Shown: positions 38,975-48,529, counted from the stretch's first letter. The stretch is 64,000 nt of DNA from Candidatus Woesebacteria bacterium (GCA_016700095.1 CP065002.1:240463-304462), one strand, 5' to 3'. Made by a program: numbers and translations. The notes: generated from the letters alone by a model not told the origin.

Positions 38975-41959
38975 CTATTTTCCAATTTTTGCAAGCTCGG
39001 CTTTGAGGATGGATAGCTTATCTGCGTCGTTTTTCATTTTTTCCTTAATTTTTTTGTTTTCTGCTTCCTGGTCAAACGCCGGTCTTACCGGTGGATACTG
39101 TGGCGGATATTGATTCGTTGGGTAGAAGGGTGCGTTGGGATACTGTGTTGGTGGATAATTTGTATTTGGATAGTTCTGCGGTTCCATCAACGGATTTTGT
39201 TCTTGAGGCGGGTAATACTGAGGATTAGGATTGTTTGTATTTTTCACGGCTTTATTTTCACTCCTAAACTGAGGCTGTTTTGGCCTGGCGTGGTGACCGG
39301 CTTTCGGATTCGAGTATGATTTTGCTTGAGGTTTGGGAAGGGTGGAATTTGGACTTTGGACAACATTTTGTCCAGAATCGTAGAGCTGTTGTTTTTGAGT
39401 GTTTGGATTTTTATTAAATGGTTTGTTATTTTCTTTTAGCCACGGAAACTGGGGAACATCACTTGCTGCCTGGGCGTTGGGGTTGGGATGTGATTTAGTG
39501 TGTTTCGGCCTTCCTTCTTTCACTTCAGGACTTTTTTCACTCAATATATCTTTTTCACCTTGCACCAAAGGAATGGCGTGGCTTGTTTGTTGGGGAACAG
39601 CAATAGGTGCCGGAATAATTCTATTTGCCAAATCATTAAATTGGCTTGGTTCGGGAGCGGTGTTATTTACTGCCTGACCCGGATTGAGTATTGGGAGTGT
39701 TTCACCCATAGTTGCATTTTGAATTGGTATTGATCCAAGTGGCATGCCGGAAGGGATGATTTCTTGTGAGTCGACATCATAAGTTTCGTTTTCTGAAACT
39801 TCTGCCAACGACGGTTCTTTTGCCGATCGCGACCATCTTTCGCGGCTGACTTTGATAACCTTTTCTCGATTGCTGTTTATACTTTCCGGAAGTGAAAGCG
39901 TGGTTGCCAAAAATGGACGGGTCGAGTGCGCATCGATCATGAGTTTTATCGCAATTTGATAATTTGCCAAATTAACCATATCGTTTTCGCTAAATACCTC
40001 GGCAAATTCTTTATTAAATACCCTCGCGTCATCAGCTCCTACGGAAAAAGAAATCATCGTACCCGCATTTCCCAAAATTGCCTTTTGAACAGTATCGGGA
40101 ATTTGAGCCATATACTGATTTGCAAGAAGTAGGGCTAAGCCGTATTTGCGCGCTTCAGACAAAATTTTCACAAAGCTGTCTGTTGCGAAATTCTGAAACT
40201 CGTCAACATACAGGTAAAAAGGAACTCGATCTTCTTTGGGTGTGTCGACTCGGTGCATAGCCGCGAGTTGGAATTTCGTAATTAGCATTGCACCAAGAAG
40301 CGAAGCGTTGTCTTCACCAAGTCTACCTTGCGACAAATTCACCAAGAGTATTTTTTTCTGATTCATAATGTCATCAATCGAGATTGAACTTTTGGGTGTG
40401 CCGATTATTCGCCGTATCATTGGTGAAGTCACGAACTGTCCAACTTTGTTTTGGATTGGTGCTATAGCTTCTTTCTGTAATTTCTCAGGCATTGCATCAA
40501 ATTCGTCTTGCCAGAAATGAACCAAGGCTTCGTCTTTAAGTTTAGATACGACACGGTTTCTGTACGACTGGTTAGCTAAAATTCTCAAAACATCAGCCAG
40601 TGTGGAATTGGGAATTTCTGTCAGCGTGAGGAAAGAGTTTCTTAAAATGTATTCCATCCGTGCGGACCAGACATTTGACCAGACTTTAGTAAAAATGCTC
40701 ATAAGGCCTGCTACAACAAGTTCGGCTTCTTCGCGGTTGGTTACCTCTAATGGATTAAGAATGATCGGGTATTCTTTATCTGCCGGATTAAAGTAAATAG
40801 TGTCGTTGATCCTGGAGCTTGGAATGTAGTTTAATAAGTCCTCGCATAAATCTCCGTGAGGATCGATAACGGCGATACCGCGATCTTTCTTCAAATCATC
40901 GACACCCATGTTTGCTATCATTGTCGATTTACCGGTTCCGGTTTTTCCTACCACCCAGACATGCCTGAGGCGATCTTTGTCTTTGATGCCAAAAACTGTG
41001 TCTTTGTTTTGATAACGTGTTTTTGCAAAGAAATTTATCCTTGATTTTTCGGCAGGGGACTTGTCGGTTGCAATCGGTAAGTTTTGCGGAGGTTCAGTGA
41101 GAACCGAATTTCCCCAAGCAATTGTCGGAGTTTTTATCAAAGAGCTGGGAAGATGCCAAAGCGTTGCGATTTCCTGAATATTTAATATATGTTTGTCAGC
41201 AACCCTTCTTTCTTTAAGATATTCGATTTCTTCGGCAAGTTTTCCCTTTTTGGGAATCTTGACTACGAAGGCGTTACCGTCGGCTCGGGTATAAATTTCA
41301 AAAGTATTAATCAGATCTCCAAGTGTTTCTTCACTTGGTGCAAGAATTCTCAGAGAAGTTTTGAAGCCGGGATAAGATATTTTTTCTTTGATTATTGAAG
41401 CATCAGGTCTGGGTTTATATGTACCGTCCTCGTTTTTGGTGCCAAACTCAGCGTATTTCTGACCGTTTGCTTGCCAATTGCTGTTGACGGTTTCAAGAGC
41501 GATCTGAAACATTATAAAATCATCGGCAGGAGCTTTCGACAAAACACTCAAAATTGACGACATCGGATCGACATCTTTGAACGACGGATATACTGTTAGT
41601 GGGTAATAATCACCTTGTTTAAGTTTGAAATATGCCACTACATAATTTGTAAGGTCGACATGAGAGATGGGATCGTTAACCTTATCAATGGTTGTAAGGG
41701 GATAGCTGGAGTGGATCTGAGTTTCGATAAAAGGAATAAGGTTGATGTCGCAAGTTAGCTGAAAATGAACTTGCCCGGCAAAGTGAATAATTTCAAGCGC
41801 AAGAGGTTGGGTATTTGTAGTCGATTTCAGAAAACCAAAAAGTGACCCCCCTGAACCCGGATTGATTTGGGTAAGTGCCGTCAAAAAAGTTTGCGCCGCC
41901 TCTGGAGTAACTTCAGTGTTACGGGGAACTTTGAGTAAAAGTGTGGTTAAGTTGGACAT
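38975..41959 (-). CDS. P-loop ATPase of the VirB4/VirD4/TraD/HerA (type IV secretion-like) superfamily with a roughly 300-aa Q/N/P/Y-rich disordered C-terminal tail
   Basis: Walker A VVGKTGTGKST, Walker B LYVDEFQNF, ARKYGLALLLANQYMAQI...AILGNAGTMISF motif typical of T4SS ATPases/coupling proteins; no N-terminal TM helices. Confidence 0.6.
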   Translation of the reverse strand: MSNLTTLLLKVPRNTEVTPEAAQTFLTALTQINPGSGGSLFGFLKSTTNTQPLALEIIHFAGQVHFQLTCDINLIPFIETQIHSSYPLTTIDKVNDPISHVDLTNYVVAYFKLKQGDYYPLTVYPSFKDVDPMSSILSVLSKAPADDFIMFQIALETVNSNWQANGQKYAEFGTKNEDGTYKPRPDASIIKEKISYPGFKTSLRILAPSEETLGDLINTFEIYTRADGNAFVVKIPKKGKLAEEIEYLKERRVADKHILNIQEIATLWHLPSSLIKTPTIAWGNSVLTEPPQNLPIATDKSPAEKSRINFFAKTRYQNKDTVFGIKDKDRLRHVWVVGKTGTGKSTMIANMGVDDLKKDRGIAVIDPHGDLCEDLLNYIPSSRINDTIYFNPADKEYPIILNPLEVTNREEAELVVAGLMSIFTKVWSNVWSARMEYILRNSFLTLTEIPNSTLADVLRILANQSYRNRVVSKLKDEALVHFWQDEFDAMPEKLQKEAIAPIQNKVGQFVTSPMIRRIIGTPKSSISIDDIMNQKKILLVNLSQGRLGEDNASLLGAMLITKFQLAAMHRVDTPKEDRVPFYLYVDEFQNFATDSFVKILSEARKYGLALLLANQYMAQIPDTVQKAILGNAGTMISFSVGADDARVFNKEFAEVFSENDMVNLANYQIAIKLMIDAHSTRPFLATTLSLPESINSNREKVIKVSRERWSRSAKEPSLAEVSENETYDVDSQEIIPSGMPLGSIPIQNATMGETLPILNPGQAVNNTAPEPSQFNDLANRIIPAPIAVPQQTSHAIPLVQGEKDILSEKSPEVKEGRPKHTKSHPNPNAQAASDVPQFPWLKENNKPFNKNPNTQKQQLYDSGQNVVQSPNSTLPKPQAKSYSNPKAGHHARPKQPQFRSENKAVKNTNNPNPQYYPPQEQNPLMEPQNYPNTNYPPTQYPNAPFYPTNQYPPQYPPVRPAFDQEAENKKIKEKMKNDADKLSILKAELAKIGK

Positions 41960-42129
41960 GGTATTTATAGTATAACAGGAGAAGAAAGGTGTGATAAATA
42001 TAGATAATAGAAAACGTTTTCAAATATTTTAGGTAAAGCTATACGGGCTATACAGGGTCCAGCCCTGGAAGGGCTGGACCCTGTAATATCCATTTGTGTT
42101 ATAATAGCCACGCAAAGGAGGTGATATTA

Positions 42130-42288
42130 ATGAGAGAATCTGGAGATCCACTAACACCATTACAGACACAAGACGAGTTTGAAAGTACACACAAACCGGA
42201 AGTTTCAGGCACTGCTTCTGATGAACCAGAAACAGAAAATACACAGACACCTGTACCTGCTAGTGACAACACAGCACAACAAAGCTAA
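42130..42288 (+). CDS. small highly acidic S/T/P/E-rich protein with extended SD (aaggaggtgata)
   Basis: ATG 8 nt after perfect anti-SD complement; divergent from the ATPase gene. Confidence 0.4.
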   Translation: MRESGDPLTPLQTQDEFESTHKPEVSGTASDEPETENTQTPVPASDNTAQQS

Positions 42289-42485
42289 ACCGTAGCTATT
42301 TACGAAATTTCGTATTTATAGGTGTTTAGGGTTGGATTGGGGATGCATTCATAAAATACTCGAGTAAAGACACTGAGGGGATTGTTATTGTGTATTAAGA
42401 AATTATTATTTATTAAAAGTAGCTTTAACTTTATGACTATGCACGAGGTAATTATTTATAGATTAAGATTAAGGAGGTGATATAT

Positions 42486-42698
42486 ATGAAAGATAGAATA
42501 CAAAGAGTAGTGGATATTGAAACAGGAAAGCTGCAGGCAAATTCAAGAAAACCTGGAGGAAAAAAAGATCGAAAAATTGCAATAAAGGCCGCGGAGCTGA
42601 TGTTAGAAAATCCTGATATGACTCCAGAAATAGCACTTAACAAACTTGATCCTGAAAGTGCAAGGCTTTTGGGTGAACTTAGGGAGAAGGAAATTTAA
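42486..42698 (+). CDS. small basic/acidic hypothetical protein with the same extended SD
   Basis: aaggaggtgatatat-ATG. Confidence 0.4.
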   Translation: MKDRIQRVVDIETGKLQANSRKPGGKKDRKIAIKAAELMLENPDMTPEIALNKLDPESARLLGELREKEI

Positions 42699-42955
42699 AA
42701 GGGTTTATATGACTAATAGAATTTTATTGATGGTTGTAGTTTGACCAATTATTTTTTGTCTACTCCTAAAGATTAAACTCCCTCGTTATTGGGAGCCGCG
42801 CATAGTAATTTGTATTTAGAAGTAGATTGCGATAGGGAAACTGACGATGAGAAAGTTGAGTTTCTTATTTCAGCTATAAATATAATCACAAATCTCAACT
42901 AATATTTACGCACTAAGTTTCTGAATCAGAAATCTTAACTCTAAATATATATTAG

Positions 42956-43029
42956 TGGGCGCGCATGGACTCGAACCATGGACCTCCAAATTATCAGTTT
43001 GGCGCTCTAACCAACTGAGCTACGCGCCC
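42956..43029 (-). tRNA. tRNA-Ile (anticodon GAT), inverted relative to the rRNA genes
   Basis: reverse complement gives gggcgcgtagctcagttggttagagcgccaaacTGATaatttgg...ggttcgagtccatgcgcgccca. Confidence 0.8.
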
Positions 43030-43432
43030 TCGTCAGAGCAAGTTCCGCTTTCCGCCAAGCAAACTTGGCTTATCGCTCCACTTGTCTTCCTCTTCACTTT
43101 TACAGTTGTAAAAGTGGAAAAATGTGTTGCTTCACTTTTTGCAAACCACATATCGTTTATTGCAAAGCGTTACGTAATTTCTCCTTATCAATTTTGTACA
43201 AAAAAATTGGGAAAGATATTATTCCGCTTACTACTATGTAAACGCTTTTTTTAATACAAAACCCAAAACCAGATTCAAATAAACGAAAATCAATTTTGAG
43301 TTTATCGATACATAATTTATCATATATATGGGATTTAAACAATTGTTTAGTGGCGAAGAAATATAAACTTCAAAAATATAAATTTCACGCGCATTGACGG
43401 GAAATAGTTGACCCGTTTGGTATAATTAATAT

Positions 43433-43663
43433 GTGGGTATAATTAAAAAACTGTTTGGCGGAGATGATGAGACTTATGTTGTGCATGGAACTCCAGACGG
43501 AACGATGACTGATGTTGAACCAAATGATATCATACTAAAGGGTAAGGAGATACGTGAATATCATGAAAGATCAGGGAAACACCCTGAGCATTGTGGTGCC
43601 GAAATTGCGGCGGATATTGTTAGTCGAAGACCACGTGTGTTTAATACAAAAGAAAGAAATTAA
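43433..43663 (+). CDS. hypothetical small protein
   Basis: ORF track. Confidence 0.3.
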   Translation: MGIIKKLFGGDDETYVVHGTPDGTMTDVEPNDIILKGKEIREYHERSGKHPEHCGAEIAADIVSRRPRVFNTKERN

Positions 43664-43906
43664 TTACCTTATCCTCGTTGACTTCAATTTAAATAAGCCT
43701 TATAATAGCTTCTAGCTTTTGAGTCGGAATAAACAGTTGGGATGAATAGTCCCGACTTTCGAACTAATAAGTTTGAATTCGTTCAATCATCAGCCAGCTT
43801 ACGCTAGCTAGATTCTTGAACTAATATAAATGATAAGCCTATTTGTAACAAATAAATTTAGAGCGCTTATTTTGCGCTTCTAGACAGGGCTTATATTTAG
43901 TTATTT

Positions 43907-43931
43907 ACCGGCTTTTAAGCCGGTTTTTTTG
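43907..43931 (+). terminator. rho-independent terminator-like hairpin (accggctt ttaa gccggt) followed by a T7 run
   Basis: direct reading. Confidence 0.5.
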
Positions 43932-44084
43932 TTTCTAGTATAAATACTAGATATAATTCGCACATTAAATTTTACTTGCCCTACATTCATCTAAAATTCG
44001 AAAAACGAATTTATAAGAGGAAGAACAATGGAGCGTTGAAAGCAAGCTTTCTGCCTGCTTAATTTAGTGGACTCGTTCCGACGC

Positions 44085-44308
44085 GGGCCGTTAGCTCAGT
44101 TGGATAAGCAAAGCTTGGCCACTTGATCTAACCACCTTACGGGTTGTTAGCTCAGTTGGATAAGCAAAGCTTGGCCACTTGATCTAACCACCTTACGGGT
44201 TGTTAGCTCAGTTGGATAAGCAAAGCTTGGCCACTTGATCTAACCACCTTACGGGCCGTTAGCTCAGTTGGATAAGCAAAGCTTGGCCACTTGATCTAAT
44301 CGCCTTAC
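44085..44308 (+). repeat. 4 x 56-bp tandem units, each starting with tRNA-Ala nt 1-19 (gggccgttagctcagttgg) followed by ataagcaaagcttggccacttgatctaaccaccttac
   Basis: unit starts 44085, 44141, 44197, 44253; tRNA starts 44309. Confidence 0.9.
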
Positions 44309-44385
44309 GGGCCGTTAGCTCAGTTGGCTAGAGCGCTACATTTGCAATGTAGAGGTCGTGGGTTCGAATCCCACACGGTCCACCA
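44309..44385 (+). tRNA. tRNA-Ala (anticodon TGC) with G3:U70 and encoded CCA
   Basis: acceptor gggccgt/acggtcc, anticodon loop tTTGCaa, T-loop ttcgaat, CCA present. Confidence 0.85.
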
Positions 44386-45034
44386 ATGAGTACATTGATG
44401 AACCATGTGGTTTTCGAGGAATGCAACCAAGTAGGGAAAGTGCATGGCGAATCCCACACGGTCCACTCATTAGGAATTGGGAATTAAGTAGTTAGTAGTT
44501 AGTAGATGGTAGATTGGTAATAGAAATTTGGATTTTTAACATTAGTATTTAGTTTTAAGTTTCAAGTACCAACAATTAAGAATTGCGGAATACTTGACAC
44601 TAAATACTTATTAGTAGGTAATAACAACGCAGAAAAATTTTGTTGTGAGTTGTGAGAACCGGTTAGACTTAACCAGTTTTACAGAACACACCAACAGATT
44701 TGTACTTTAACAACTAAGAGAATGAAGTCACTTTAAGTGTACTTCATGGAAAAGGCCGTGAACCATCATTTATTTGATGATTCACAACACAAAAGCAATT
44801 TTGCAAAGCATGATGCTTTGCATTGAGAAAAATCCCGTACTTGATACGGGATGAAACGCTAAGTTTAAGTTTACTTAACGCAGACAGTGGATGCCTTGGT
44901 CTAGATTACCGAAGAAGGACGTGCAAGACTGCGAAAAGCGTCGGTGAGTTGTCAAGAAACATTACAGCCGGCGATGTCCGAATGGGGAAACCCGCACTGC
45001 TTCACCGCAGTGAACTCGTGCTCCAAGGGGCACT

Positions 45035-45141
45035 CTAAACAGGTAACAATTAACTACCAACTAGAATTAGTAATTGACTTTTAACTATAAGTTAACAGTT
45101 GAAAACTCATTGGTGTGTTGATTGTTGTTTGTTTGGAGTGC
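45035..45141 (+). other. 23S intervening hairpin 1 (helix 9/10 region)
   Basis: extra sequence between ggggcactc and ggagtgcc relative to conserved 23S; aacaattaac...gttgattgttg arms. Confidence 0.5.
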
Positions 45142-45254
45142 CTATTAAGGCGCGTAGAGGGAACCGCCCGAACTGAAACATCTAAGTAGGGCGAGGAAGA
45201 GAAATCAACGAGATTGCCTAAGTAGCGGCGAGCGAAACGGCAAGAGCCCAAAGG

Positions 45255-45355
45255 TGTGCGTAGCACACAACAGTTAACAATTAACATTCAACTACCAACT
45301 TTAAATTAAAGTGTTGGCAATTGATTGTTGTAAGTTGAAAGTTGTGTGCTATGCG
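45255..45355 (+). other. 23S intervening hairpin 2
   Basis: cacaacagttaacaattaac ... gttgtaagttgaaagttgtgtg arms. Confidence 0.45.
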
Positions 45356-45652
45356 CACCGGTTGTGGGACCGCAACGTGGTAGTTTTTTTGATAGCAGAA
45401 TGACATGGAATAGTCAGCCATAGAACGTGATAGACGTGTATGCGAAATCAAAAGGACGCCTAGCGGTATCCCGAGTACGACGATGCATCTACATCGTCGG
45501 AATCTGGGGGAACCATCCTCCAAGGCTAAATATGATCTAGAACCGATAGTGGACAAGTACCGTGAGGGAAAGGTGAAAAGAAGGGCGGAACGCCCAGTGA
45601 AATAGAACCTGAAACTGTTTGCGAACAATCCGATAGAGCCAGTGCATAGCAC

Positions 45653-45742
45653 TGAACTATTAACTTCCAACACACAACAATTGACATTTGGTTAATTGTT
45701 GGGAGCTTGTATAGAAGCGTGTTGATTTGTTGATGGTTCCGC
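45653..45742 (+). other. 23S intervening hairpin 3 (helix 25 region, a classical IVS site)
   Basis: aacacacaacaattgac ... gcgtgttgatttgttgatgg arms. Confidence 0.5.
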
Positions 45743-46369
45743 GCTGTGCGCGGGTAATATCGTGCCTATTGAAGAATGAGCCAGTGAGTTTTCGTGTTTT
45801 TTAAGTTTAAGCCGTAATTACGGCGAAGGCGTAGGGAAACCAAGTGTGATAAGCGCGAATAAAAAAACGCGGAAGACCCGAAACCAGGTGAGCTATCCAT
45901 GAGCAGGGTGAAGCCCATAGAAATATGGTGTGGAAGCCCGAACTCGTATCAGATGCAATTGATTGGGATGACTTGTGGATAGGGGTAATATGCTAATCGT
46001 ACCTGGAGATAGCTGGTTCTCCCCGAAAGGTGTTTAGGCACCGTGGCATCGAAAAACTACAGGGTGGTAGAGCTACTGAATGGGATAATGAGGGTAATCT
46101 GAGTTATCTCAACCAAACTCCGAATAACTTGTAGTATGCGTTGCTAGACAGCCACACGGGGCTAAGCTCGTGTGACAAAAGGGAAACAACCCGGACTCTC
46201 GGCTAAGGTCTCTAATGTATCTTAAGTTTTTAAGGAAGTTTTTTATCATAGACAGCTAGGAGGTTGGCTTAGAAGCAGCCATCCTTTAAAGAAAGCGTAA
46301 CAGCTCACTAGTCGATGATAAGAAGCGCCGAAGATGTATCGAGGATTAAAGATACTACCGAAGCTAGAG

Positions 46370-46462
46370 GTGTCGTGCTTTGCACGCAACAACCAACAAA
46401 AACAGCCAACAGTCAACAATTAAGTTGGAAATTGGAAGTTGATTGCTGCGTGCAGAGTGCGG
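46370..46462 (+). other. 23S intervening hairpin 4 (helix 45 region, a classical IVS site)
   Basis: gcacgcaacaaccaacaaaaacagccaac ... ggaagttgattgctgcgtgc arms. Confidence 0.5.
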
Positions 46463-48293
46463 CGCGGTAGGGGAGCGTTCCAAGGGCTTTGAAGGTGTGC
46501 TGTAAGGCATGCTGGAGCGCTTGGAAGTGAGAATGCTGGCATAAGTAGCTTACAAGCTAGGTGAGAATCCTAGCCGCCGAATGTCCAAGGTTTCCGTCGC
46601 GAGGATCGTCCCCGACGGGTTAGTCGGCTCCTAAGGCGAGGCCATAAAGGCGTAGTCGATGGACAACTAGTTAATATTCTAGTACTTTTCTTGTGTTGTT
46701 TGACCTGGGGATCAACTGGATTGGAGGACCGAAGCCGGTTCGCGAAGTCCGGTGCAAGCTGTAAGGTAGTTCATATTGGAAAATCCGTATGAATGATTAA
46801 TCGAGCAGTTATGCAGAGTCTGGTGAGAGCCGGACGATTTTGAATAATTCAATCTACCAGAAACAATTCGCAGTTAGACACAAGGAGAGCTGTACCGCAA
46901 ACCAACACAGGTGGACTGGTCGAGAAGACTAAGGCGAGCGAGAGAAGGGGGCTCAAGGAACTCGGCAAAAAAACTACCCGTAACTTCGGGAGATGGGTTG
47001 CCCCAATTCTATTTTATTATTGGGGTCGCAGCGAAAGTTTGTTAATCGACTGTTTACCAAAAACACAGGTCCGTGCAAACTCGTAAGAGGACGTATACGG
47101 GCTGACGCCTGCCCAGTGCCGGTAAGTTAAACGGCGGGGTGCCCCGAGCTTGTCTCGGGATGCTCCAAAGCGAAGCTCCGGTAAACGGCAGCAGTAACTA
47201 TAACTGTTCTACGGTAGCGAAATTCCTTGTCGTGTAAGTTACGACCCGCACGAAAGGCGTAACGAGTTAACAACTGTCTCGAGCCTCTACTCGGCGAAAT
47301 TGCGATGGCTGTGAAGACGCGGCCTACTTCCACCAGGACAAGAAGACCCCGTGGAGCTTTACTATAGCTTGACATTGATATGTGCATTTTAATTGTCTAG
47401 TGTAGGAGGGAGTTCCGACCTTGTGTCGGAACAACAATGTAACACCTCTCTTTGAAGTGTGGCATATCTTACTTACGTCGCCTGGAAACGGCGACAGGGA
47501 CAGTGTTAGGTGGGTAGTTTGTCTGGGGCGGATCCCTGCCAAAGTGTAACGCAGGGGTACAAAGGTTAGCTTGGCACGGATGGACATCGTGCTGTAAGTA
47601 TAAAGGCATAAGCTAGCTTGACTGCGACAGTGACGGCTGGAGCAGGTGCGAAAGCAGGTCTTAGTGATCCTCCGATCCACCATGGGTGTGGACGGAGCTT
47701 ATCGGATAAAAGCTACCCCGGGGATAACAGAGTGGTCGCACCCGAGCGTCCTTAGCGACGGTGCGGTTCGCTACCTCGATGTCGGCTCAAGGTATCCTGG
47801 GGCTGGAGAAGGTCCCAAGGGTTGGTCTGTTCGCCCATTAAAACCTTACGCGAGCTGGGTTCAAACCGTCGTAAGACAGGTTGGACTGTATCCGGTGGGA
47901 GCGTTAGAATCTTGAGGAGAGCTCACCTCAGTACGAGAGGACCAGGTGGGGGGAATCCCTAGTGTGCCGGTTGTGGCGTCAGCTGCAAAGCCGGGTAGCT
48001 ACATTCCTTGTTGGATAACCGCTGAAAGCATCTTAAGTGGGAAGCCCACTCCAAGATGAGGATTCTTTTAGACTCCTGGTAGAACACCAGGTAAACGACA
48101 GGCAGTGGAAGCCCCGTGAGGGGTTAAGCTAACCTGAAGCGAATCAGTCGAAAAACTTAAACTAACGTTTCTCTCAGTGTAAAGCATTGGGCTTTACACA
48201 ACAAATATAGGGTCTTTAGAAAGATATTTGGAAGCCATTTCCATGAGTACACTTAAAGTCACTTCATCTCTTAGTAATTTTTCAGGATAATGT

Positions 48294-48408
48294 CCTGGTA
48301 ATTGGTGCGTCGTCGTACCACCTGATCCATTCCGAACTCAGAAGTGAAAGGCGACAGCGCGGACGATAGTTGTGGGGCAACCCACCGCGAAAATACGTCA
48401 TTGCCAGG
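48294..48408 (+). rRNA. rrf: 5S rRNA
   Basis: cctggtaattggtgcg...ccgaactcagaagtgaaa...ttgccagg; flanked by processing stem caggata/tatcctg. Confidence 0.8.
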
Positions 48409-48529
48409 ACAGTATCCTGAAAAAGTTAAAGTCAACATAAAACAAATATTGTTTAATTACATGAATAACGCTAAAATATTTAAAATGAAAGGTGGTCAAG
48501 GAAGACTTGGCTAAATCGCGTTAGGCGCG

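Larger units (their letters stand above)
28948..44308. other. expanded 16S-23S spacer (about 16 kb) containing compositionally foreign genes, long non-coding gaps, dispersed repeats, inverted tRNA-Ile and tRNA-Ala; candidate genomic island inside the rRNA operon
   Basis: rrs ends 28947, rrl starts about 44861; GC-rich patches at 29952-33436 and 35370-36743. Confidence 0.5.
44861..48165 (+). rRNA. rrl: 23S rRNA gene carrying at least four short hairpin intervening sequences
   Basis: gtggatgccttgg 5' region, gaactgaaacatctaagta, ggatgttggcttagaagcagccatc, gacggaaagaccccgtgg, gctgaaagcatctaagtggg near the 3' end. Confidence 0.9.

Noticed and set aside
42955-43254. 99-aa ORF on the plus strand
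   Set aside because: It begins antisense to tRNA-Ile(GAT) and runs through its promoter region. It has no SD and odd composition.
45035-46462. Group I or group II introns in 23S
   Set aside because: The inserts are only 80-110 nt, are simple two-arm hairpins without P3-P7 or domain V-like cores, and carry no endonuclease ORFs. They fit RNase III-type intervening sequences.
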